Below are positions 36,231-46,700 of a DNA stretch of 64,000 nucleotides, piece by piece. The position numbers and the translations under genes are program-made. The notes under the pieces are model-generated. The model did no database searches. It worked only from the letters and a program-made list of their open reading frames with translations, and was not told where the DNA came from. Origin of the DNA: Malacoraja senta (Eukaryota); contig CM075991.1 of NCBI GenBank assembly GCA_038087875.1, positions 11,100,001-11,164,000 on the forward strand. Reading direction: 5' to 3'. The first letter of the stretch is position 1, and each line of letters begins with the position of its first letter.

Positions 36231-37361
36231 TCCCCTTTCACCCATTCCTCCCTCCACCTTTCTTTTCCCCTCCCCTGTACTCACACTTATATCTTCCCCT
36301 CCATCCTGATTCCTTCCTCTGGCTTCACAAATCACAATTATATTGAACAGTACAGCACAGGAACAGCCCTTTGGCCTACAATGACAAGCTGATCTAGTCT
36401 GCCTGTGTTGATCTATCTCCCTCTATTCCCTGCATTCCCATGTGCCTATCTAAAGGCCTCTTAAACACCACTTTTATACCTGCCTCTACCATCACCCCTG
36501 CCAGTGCATTCCAAGTCCCCATTAGTTTCTGTCTAAAAGACCTGCCCTGCACATCTCCATTAAACTTTCTCCCTCTTGCCTTATAGCTTTGCCCTCTAAC
36601 ATAGGACATTCCCACCCAGGGAAAAAGGTTCTGACTGCCTACCATATCTTAGTTTAGTTTCGTTTGGAAATACAGCGCGGAAACAGGCGCCTTTCGGCCC
36701 ACTGAGCCCGCTCCGACCAGCAATCCCCACACACCAACATTATCCAAAACACACTGGGGATAATTTACATGTATACCAAGTCAATTAACCTACATACCTG
36801 TACGCCTTTGGAGTGTGGGAGGAAACCGAAGATCTCGGAGAAAACCCACGCAGGTCACGGGGAGAACGTACAAACTCTGCACATGCCGATGTGCATGCCT
36901 CCGTAAATGCTGCCACAAATCTATGCCTCATAATTTTATATACTTCTATAAAGTTGCCCCTGAACTTCCGATGTTTCAGAGAAATCTTCAATCCTTTTGT
37001 CTCACACATTCAGTTTTAATCTCTGGTTGTTGATCCAACCATCTGGCTATCGAAACCCCCCTCCCCTGTGTTTACCTATTAACCGCCATGCATTGTTTTG
37101 CCTCTCCTCTCTACCAGCTTTCTTCCCCCCCCCCCCCAACCCTCACACCTCCCCAATCAGTCTGGAGAAGGGTCCTGACCCAAAAGATCACCTATCCATT
37201 ATCTCCAGAGATGCTGCTTGACCCGTTGAGTTACTCCAGTATTTTGTGTCATTTTCTGATGTACTGATTGTGGATAAAGTGTCACATGTGGGTTGAGAGA
37301 GATTTTAGGGGTTCTTCTTGCTAAGGATTGGCAGACCCACAACTGGCTGTAGGCATCTAGT

Positions 37362-37389
37362 CTGAAGAAGGGTCTCGACCCGAAACGTC
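37362..37389 (+). ncRNA. Minimal type I hammerhead-ribozyme-like core in a Penelope terminal repeat (representative copy)
   Basis: CTGAAGA-a-[gggt ctcg accc]-GAAA-cGTC. Same core at 37814-37841, 51130-51157, 59119-59146 (+) and 16533-16560, 61534-61561 (-). Stem I is weak. Confidence 0.5.
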
Positions 37390-38464
37390 ACCCATTCCTT
37401 CTCTCCAGAGATGCTGCCTGTCCCGCTGAGTTACTCCAGCATTTTGTGTCTATCTTCGGAATCTAGTGAATCTATTGTCTCATGCATTGAATGCTATGAT
37501 ATCTACTGGGAGTTAATGCTTAGACCTCGTTTTTCCAGTGAGAATAAGAAGCTTATATTATCTGTGCATTGGGATGAAAGCATGTTTTAATGCTCTTAGC
37601 CGGCTCAGACCTCAGAACAGCTCAGGAATCAAGGCAACACAGATCAATAAGGCAAACAGTCATGCTTCCCAGCTGCAGACCTTCAGAGCAAACATTGTCA
37701 TTTTCAATGCTTTAAACTTTAGAGATACAGCACAGAAACAGGCCCTTCAGCCGACCAGCGATCACTCCGTATACTGACAAGTAGGCGATGTTTTGGGTCG
37801 AGACCAGACTAGTCTGAAGAAGGGTCTCGACCCGAAACGTCGCCTACTTTTCTCCATAGATGCTGTCTCACCCACTGAGTTTCTCCAGCATTTTTCGTCT
37901 ACTTTCGATTTTTCCAGCAGTTCGGCAGTTCCTTCTCAAACATCCTTCTGCGTCATGTTAAGTTGAAGAAAATAATGCTGGGGTTTGTAGAGATGTGAGT
38001 CAAAGGGCTTCGGCTGCTGGAAGGAGCCCTGAGGGAGTATACTTCCTGACTATTTCGTCATCTGGTGAAACAGATAACACCTGTGGGCTGAATATTTCCC
38101 AGCCACAGACAGGTTGGGGCAGATGAAGAAACAATCCTGTCGGCCCATCACACATTGAGAACACTCAGGTACGGACCGTATCTCTACCGCTGCCTCACCA
38201 TCTTCTGATGAGCTGCTTTTACTTGGAGGTTTGGACTGGACTGGAGACAAATCATCTGCTCATAGAAACATAGAAAATAGGTGCTGGAGTTGGCCTTTCG
38301 GCCCTAAGAGCCAGCAACGCCATTCAATATGATCTGGCTGATCATCCAAAATCAGTACCCCGTTCCTGCTTTCTCCCTATTTCCCTTGATTCCTTTAGCC
38401 CTAAGAGCTATATCTAACTCTCTCTTGAATACATCCAGTGAATTGGCCTCCACTGCTGTCTGTG

Positions 38465-39020
38465 GCAGCCACAGCTGTGCCTCAGAGAGCACTTGCTCTC
38501 CTCGTGTGAGGAGTTTACAGTTCAAGTCCTACAGTCAGAGATGAGGAAAAACCTTTTCACCCAGAGAGGTGAGAATCTGTGGAATTCTCTGCCTCAGAAG
38601 GCAGTGACGGCCAATTCTCTGGATGCTTTCAAGAGAGAGTTAGATGGCAGAGTCAAGGGATATGGGGAGAAGGCAGGAACAGGGTACTGATTGTAGATGA
38701 TCAGCCATGATCACAGTGAATGGCAGTGCTGGCTCAAAGGGCCAAATGGCCTACTCCTGCACCTATTGTCTATTGTCTATAACTCAGCACAAAATCCTGT
38801 GCGGACACTCCTGTAATACCGAGGGAGTGATGCACTGTCAGACGTGCCAATTCTGTAGGAGACATTAAACCCTGGTCCTGTCTGCCCATTCACTGGTAAT
38901 GAAATATCTTGCAATCACATTCTAAAGAGTCAACAAATCGTTTCTGTTAAAGAAATCCCTCAATCAATGTAACCAAAATAGTTAATTCAGCCCTTTATCA
39001 TATTACTGTTTGTGGGAGAT
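38465..39020 (+). mobile_element. Ancient DeuSINE-like element split by a CR1 3' fragment (about 38540-38780)
   Basis: gacactcc...gagggagtgatgcactgtcagacgtgcc...gagacattaaaccc...cctcaatcaa...tgtttgtgggagatc resembles the Deu domain as remembered. Further fragments near 49110, 62330, 28770(-) and 46000(-). Confidence 0.6.
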
Positions 39021-39898
39021 CCTATTATCAGGGTTTGTGTTGAACTAGGCTCCAGTTAGTTGGAGGAGATGTGATTAAGTCATTTCCTGAGTTGTATTCT
39101 CGATGAAGAAATAACATTACCTATTCTCCAGTTCTCTGGGACCTTGCCTGTGGCTGGAGAGGATACAAAAATCTTTGTCGAGGTTCCCATCGATCTCCGC
39201 TCGTTTCTCTCCCAATAACCTAGGATAGATCCCATCGGGTGCTGGGGAATTATCGAACAATGTTCTTCAACAGACCCGACATCTCCTCCTTCTTGATCTC
39301 GAGCTGCCCCAGCATATTGATATCCCCCACACTGATCTCACTCTCCTCCATGCCATTTCTCTTCGTGACTACAGTATTCCTTTAGTACCTCATTTACACC
39401 ACCCCATCGCCAAGCAGAAACTTCCGCTTGTATTCCAAGTAAAGTCGGTAAATAAGAAGACGGAGGTTTAAATTAAATTGGCAATTAATGAGAAGGGGGT
39501 GATCATCAGTTGTGATCTGGAATCTACCGTCTGGAAGTGGTTTATGAGCAAATTCAATAATAACTCCCAACAATAAAGGAAACGACTCTCCTGATTTTTG
39601 GGCACCCGGTACAGAGGGGGGAGGGTTGGGAGGGAGGAGGGGGGTCTCCCTGTCGGTCTGCTCCTGGGCCTGGCCAAGATGGCTGTAGATTGGTTTATGC
39701 ACAGAAGCCAGTCATAGTTGAATAGCATCACTAACCCCACCTTACTGTATGATTCATACTAACACCCACTTCCTACACTGGTCAGTCTTGGAAGCGGTAA
39801 CGATGAACTAACAACTAACGACCTGCTGTACCGTTATAATATGGGTACTGATTAAAGATGATCTTGAACTTCAGATTGTGGAAATTACTTATTTACAA

Positions 39899-40205
39899 TG
39901 GCCAGGCAGCGGGCTGTCGACGGCCGCACACGGGTCGGCTGCCTGCCCCTTTTCCGGGGTTACGTCCGTGCCCGCGTGTCCCTGGAGAGGGAGCACACAC
40001 GCGGTGTCCACGGGGACGCTGGAGGCCTTCCGCGAACGCTGGTCGCCGCGGGAGGCCGATTGTATTATAGACAAGGACGGCGGGATTTTAATTTGATTTT
40101 TGTCTTGTTTGTAAGCTGCCGATACAGGCAGCTTTTGATACGAATGCTATACTACTTTGTATGCTGATTTTGTTTTTGGAATAAAGTATTTGTGTAAAAA
40201 AAAAC
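39899..40205 (+). mobile_element. Tx1-clade (L1-like) LINE 3' end
   Basis: [19 protein letters not shown]...[10 protein letters not shown], followed by AATAAA and an A-run. Related piece at 39640-39685. Confidence 0.6.
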
Positions 40206-40343
40206 AATAAAGGAAACTAGAAAGGGAATGGGAATTATTGGAGAGGCCCTGCAAAGACCTAACACCGTCTCAGTGGGCTGAATGGCCTCACAGTGAAAAT
40301 TCAAGTGACACCATACAGCAGACACACATATTTTAAAAAAATG

Positions 40344-40349
40344 TTTATT
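40344..40349 (-). terminator. Candidate TGFA polyadenylation signal AATAAA
   Basis: tttatt on the + strand, about 365 nt after the stop codon, followed on the - strand by U/GU-rich sequence. Confidence 0.5.
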
Positions 40350-40713
40350 TTCATGTTTAAAATACTTAAATAGTTTTGAATACAATTTGAACTCTTTTAC
40401 TCCGGTTCTTAAATAATCAAATCAACCCACAGCTACTTATTATGGTTGCAATCTGCAAATTTTGAAGAGATGATATTCTTCACTGTGGCATCTCCAGTGA
40501 TTCTATAAATTAAGTGATGGGACGAACAAACAAAATAGTGGAACTTCCATATCGTACAAAAGGTTTTCTTCCCGCTCAGCAAACGTGGTCCCTGTACCTG
40601 AGGTGAGATGGTCCCGTGTGGCAGGAACAAGAAGGCTGCGATGTTACTGTGCTATGGCAGTGGAGAGATGGAGAGGTCAGCAGTGGCCAGCATTGGACCG
40701 GCACCACCATTTC

Positions 40714-40721
40714 TCACACCC
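40714..40721 (-). CDS. TGFA: TGFA exon 6 coding part (8 nt)
   Basis: ctttctctgtttcgtacag|GG GTG TGA gives ...DTGV*, matching the two-residue terminal exon ending in Val. Confidence 0.8.
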
Positions 40722-43700
40722 CTGTACGAAACAGAGAAAGAAACAGGTCATTAGAACACTGACGGGGAACACAGCCCTGAAAGACATTAAACAGTTTGAC
40801 TTAAGATAGACACAAAATGCTGGAGTAACTCAGCGGGTCGGGCAGCACCTCCGGAGAGAAGGAATGGGTGACGTTCCGGGTCGAGACCCTTCTTCAGTCC
40901 TCATGCCTTCAGTCTAAGGGGGGGGGGGGGTCTCCCTGTCGGTTTGCTCCTGGGCCTGGCCAAGATGGCCATTCGCGGGTCCAGGCAGCAGGCAGTCGAG
41001 GATTCTGCTCGGGTCGACTGCCTGCCCCTCTCCCGGGCCTGCATCCGTGCCCGCGTGTCCCTGGAGAGGGAGCATGCGGTGTCCACGGGACTCTGGAGGC
41101 CTTCCGCGAACGCTGACCGCCGCGGGAGGGAATCGAGTGCATTGACCAACATTTTAATCTGATAACAGTTTGATTGTTGTTTGTAAGCTGCCGATGGCAG
41201 CCTTGATTTTGTTCTCACTCTGTATTTGTGTTTAATTGAATTACAGCTCTTTGTTTTAAAACAAAAATGTGAGTTTGAACGTGTGAGATTCTCATCTGAG
41301 AAGTGAATTCAACGGATTGAGCCCCAGCCGTCAGCGATTGTTTGGGACGGTGTGATATGATAGTTCAAGGCCTTGCCTGTGTCTCCAAGGTTGCTGGGTG
41401 TCCCACTCTTCAGCAGGCTGGTCTCAGGCTTGGCCAACATCCCCCGACACAGCTCGCACTTCTTCCGTTTCCGACAGGAGCTGGAAGAGAGCGAACAGAG
41501 AGGTCAGTGAGCATCTGTGTGCTGACCGCTAGGATTTCAATAGAGAGTTAGATTTAGCCCTTAGGGCTAAAGGAATCAAGGGATATGGGGAGAAAGCAGG
41601 AACGGGCTACTGATTTTGGATGATCAGCTATGATCATATTGAATGGCGGTGCTGGCTCGAAGGACCGAATGGCCTACTCCTGCACCTATTTCCTATGTTT
41701 TTATAAATATAATAAGATCACATACAAAATGAAAGACCAAACATTGATCAAGAGCAGAGTCATCGAGTTACACAGCACGGAAATAGACCTCTCAATCCAA
41801 CTCATCATAATTACCAAGATGTCCGATCAAATGCTAACCCCATTTGTCTTCACTTGGCACATATGCCTCTGAACGATTCCTATCCATGCACCTGTCCAAA
41901 CATATTTTAAATATTGTTACAGTACCATGCCACAACTACCTCCTCCAGCAACTCGTTCCATATTCCCCTCACCATCTGTGTGAAAAAGTTGCCCCTCAGG
42001 TTCCTATTAAATCTTTCCCCTCTCACCTGAGGGGTTGCTTTTTCAGACAAAGGGTGGTGGGTGTATCGAACGAGCTGCCGGGGGAGGTAGTTGAGGCGGG
42101 TACTATTGTAACATTTAAGAAACATTTAGATAGGTACATGGATAGGGTAGGTTTAGAGGGATATGGGCCAAATGCAGGCAGATGGGACTAGTATAGTTGG
42201 GACATGTTGTGGGCAAGATGGGCCGAAGGGCCTTTTTTCACACTGTAAAATGATGACATTAAAGCTTTGGCATGTGTAGAGGTTGTTGCTGGACATAGAA
42301 CGAGGGGGAATGGAGTGAGAGGGAGGGTGTAAGATGGGGAGAGAGCGGAAAGAAAAATACAATGAATGCAAGGAATGAGGAAAAACAGCCTTTCTATCCC
42401 TTTCACAATCTGCCCACATCTAATGCTGATACATATTTCACAGAATCCATTGGATTTTTTCCAAAAGTTAAACGTCTTCAGATACCCGAGACTGTTGAAA
42501 GTTCCATTGAACCATCGAACCATTGGCTCGGGAGAATTGCAAGTTCATTCATTCTCAAAACAATAGCCAACCACCCTGTGTTCAGATTACATCACGGGGC
42601 CTCAGGCAACGAGGCCAGTCCCCACCCACCGACAGGCAAGGACATGAGCTGCAACTTACTGTAGTAAGACGCAAACTGCGATCAGGAGGACGGAGACAAC
42701 GACAGATACCACAACGAGCGTCGTGATGGCTTGCTGCTTCTGCCTGATGGCCACCACAGCCAGGATGTCCGCGTACGCACACCGAGTGCCGATGAAGCCA
42801 GGGTGACAACTGCAAATACAGAGGAGCTGTGAGCCACAGAAACAGACAGGAGAACATTTGACCATCTTAGACAGAGTGTCCAAAGAAATTCCATCCAGCC
42901 CCTCAATCCGAATGCTATCCTATCAAAGCTCCATGAAAACTCTCCCTGGTTTTAACAGTCTTCCTAAAAGGTTCCTCACTCTTCCTCACTCACTTGATTG
43001 CACGCTTCTCTTCAGCTTTTGCCATGAAGAAAGGTGTGGGCTTTGTTCATGGCTCAACCATGAATGGTTGGTTCATTCACTGTAATAGTGGGGATTCAAT
43101 GAGTGGCGCCTGGTGGGACCACGTGCCTGGGTTCTTCATGCCACGGGAGGCAGCCAAGTAATCTGAGTTGCCCAAATGATCAGAATTACCCAAGTGATCT
43201 GAGTTTAGTCTGATCACTAGTCTGAAGAAGGGCCTCGACCAGAAACGTCACCCATTCCTTCTCTCCAGAGATGCTGCCTGTCCCGCTGAGTTACTCCAGC
43301 ATTTTGTGTCTATCTTCGGTTTAAACCAGCATCTGCAGTTCCTTCTTACACGATCTGAGTTAAGTTTATGTTTCCAATTATTACAGTTAAAAAGTAACCG
43401 TTCCACAACAGGACACAAGGATTAATCCCATTAATGTTTCCTGCACATGGTCAAGAAACTGGAAAAATGTCACTTTCCTTAAAAAGTGACTTGCAAATGT
43501 CGGCACATCGGACGACTGGGAATTCCCATTGCAAACAGTGGGACATTAGGGTGGCGCAGCGGTAGAGTTGCTGCCTTACAGCACCAGAGACCCGGGTTCG
43601 ATACTGACTACGGGTGCTGTCTGTACAGAGTTTGTACGTTCTCCCCGTGACCTGCGTGGGTTTTCTCTGAGATCTTCGGTCTCCTCCCACACTCCATAGA

Positions 43701-46700
43701 CGTACAGATATGTTGGTTAATTGGCTTGGTGTATGTGTAAAATTGTCCCTAGCGCGTGTAGGATAGTTGGGCCGAAGGGCCTGTTTCCGCATTGTATCAT
43801 TAAAACTAAAAAGTAAAACCTGTAGATGCAACGTGCCAATAGGAATGGGATGACTACAAAGAGTTGTGGTTTTGAATTGGGGAAGCCTACAAGGAGCACA
43901 CCTGGAGTGCTCTGTGCAACCATGTTCTCAGTCCCCAAGTAAGGAAGACCCTAGTCTTGGAAGTGCTCCAGTTTATATTCCCTGAACTGAACCTACGGAT
44001 GAAGGGTTGTTCTATGAAGAGAGATGAAGAGTGGCTGATACTCAACACCACTTAGAGGAATGGCACAAAATGCTAGAGTAACCCAGCGGGATAGGGGGGC
44101 TTTCAGAGTATTGTGCTCAGTTCTGGGCACCATGTTCTAGGAAAGATGCTGCCAAGCTGGCAATGGTACGGAGAAGATTTACGAGGATGTTGCCAGGACT
44201 AGAAGGTCTGAGCTATAGGGAGAGATTAAGTAGGGAGGGACCCTGGAACGCAGGAGGATGAGGGGTGATCTTATAGAGGTGTATAAAATCATTCAGCATC
44301 TCTGGAGAAAAGGAAAAGGTGACTTTTCAGGCCGACAAGTAACGTCACCTATTCCTCTTCTCCGGAGATGTTGTCTGACCCGCTGAGTATTTCCAGCTTT
44401 TTGTGTCTACCTGAGGTCAATAGATTGTTGGGACACAATAGGAATCAGGGATAAAGGGATAAGGAGGCAGCATGGATGAGCTAGATGGATAGACCATCAT
44501 CCCACTCAATGGTAAAAGGTCCGAAAGTCTTTCCATTCTTAGACTCCACATTGCATTATCATTCAGACAGTGACCCAGGGCTCAGCGTTTGACGTTGAAG
44601 ATGGGTTGATGGAATTGGCGGCTGAGCAAAGTGACCTACACGCAAGCTGGAGTCGACTCCAAGACAAAGAATCGGCATGTCCCATGAATGCAGAAGTGAA
44701 GATGGGCGTCGGGACAGTCGGCAAAGTGCGATCGTACTGCAGCGGCAACAGGGGGACCTGGAGACAGACAGAAAGAGAGGTCAACAACATGAGTTTGTTG
44801 TCCCACACGTTAGCCCGGCCACTCTGGGTCAGTCAGCCTTCAGTCCAACTTTACACAGAAACAATTCTTTAACACGGCGTCAAGGAAAACGTCACCATTT
44901 CAGTGTAGGAAAGAACTGCAGATGCTGGTTTAAATCGAAGATAGACACAAAGTGCTGGAGTAACTCAGCGGGACAGGCAGCATCTCTGGAGAAAAGGATT
45001 GGGTGACGTTTCGGGTCAAGATCCATTCCTTTTCTCCAGAGATGCTGCCTGTCCCGCTGAGTTACTCCAGCACTTACACGAACGGGGTACTGTTTGTGGA
45101 TGATCAGCCATGATCACAGTGAATGGCGGTGCTGGCTTGAAGGGCCAGAAGGCTTATTCCTGCACCTATTGCCTATTGTTTTGTGTCTATCTGCCATTCT
45201 TTCAGACACAGGTTCGACTGGGTTGTTCCAGTTTCTGGACACAAATAGCTGGAGTAACCCAGGGGGTCAGACAGCATCTCTGGAGAAAAAGGATGGGTGA
45301 CATTTTGGCCTGCAGTTCCTTCCTTCACTCTAAGTCCAATGTTGTACTTTCCCCCCACTCATTGCCACATCTTGTTCACCCGTTCCAGATGCAGTAAATA
45401 CAGGTCAGGGTGAAACACGATCTGGCTCTCAGAACACACACCTGTTGAACTTGGAAGAGACTATTGTGCATTGTGTACACAGTAGTTTCACTTTATTTCA
45501 TGGAGATAAATGGGACAGGGTGCCATACAACACCTGCTGCTGAAAATGACTGCTCCAATGCCTTTGATGTGCCGGGGGGGTTGGCTTCTGACCAAGAGGT
45601 GGGGCTGATCCATCCAAATGCCATTACTTTCAAGTCTTACTGGGTTTCCACTCCCTGTGCCAGGATCTCATTCAACAGATTAGCCTCAATGCAGCGAGGA
45701 TATCACAAACAGCCAGGAAGACGATTTTCATTTCTAAGCAGGACCTAACCCAGGCAACATCTGTTATTGATCAGAGGGGAACCAGTGACTCAGACAGCTG
45801 CACAAGTGATTCCCTTTGAACTACCTTTGTACGGTGGCATTTAGATGATGCATTTTGCAATCTCGGAGGGCTTCTCATTATCGTTTTAAGTTTAGGAACT
45901 TCAGCAGCCAACTTGCAGGCAAGCCAGATCCCAGGCCACAATAACATGGTGACAAGACATGGTTCAAAGCGAAATCTCGTTCCCACAACGCTGGGGAGAG
46001 CTCTCTGGCTTTTCTTACAAGGGTGCCCATGGGATCACTTGTTCACCTGAGAAGAGCAACTGGTGACTCCGCTACAATATCGTAGCATTGTCGCACGCAG
46101 GTGGCACCTCGGACAACGTGGCATTCCGAAAGGTTGACACCTTCAGAACAGAACCAATGGGAATGTTGTACTTGGGATAGGAAGTGGGGGCGGGGAAGGA
46201 TGGTTTCATTTAACTGGGACTAAATTCTGGGAAGTTTGTTTGCTGTCTGATCAAAGATGAATCCGTGACGTTTAAAATTGAGCAGAATTCCTAAACCCTG
46301 GATTTGGTGGATAGCATTTCCCCAAAGGGCGGCACTGTGGCTAGGCGGTAGAGTTGCTGCCTTACAGCGCCAGAGAATCGGGTTCGATCCGGACTATGGG
46401 TGCTGTCTGTAGAGAGTTTGTACCTTCTGCCTGTGACCTGCGTGGGTATTCCCCAGGTGCTCCGCTTTCCTCCCACACTCCAAAGACGTACAGGTTTGTA
46501 GGTTAATTGGCATGGTAAAATTGTAAGTTGTCCCTAGTGTGTGTGGGACAGTGGAAAACCCACGCAGTCACGGGGAGAACATACAAGCTCTGAATGCATT
46601 TGATGAATGCCCTGCCTTTACAATTCTTACAAAGATCGCTGCCAGGTGTCTCCCTGGTTTCTTCTCCACCTGACATGTGTGCAGAAGTGTTAGTCGTTCC

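Noticed and set aside
43548..43620. tRNA-like A and B boxes
   Set aside because: Head of a V-SINE continuing into SINE body and tail, not a tRNA gene.
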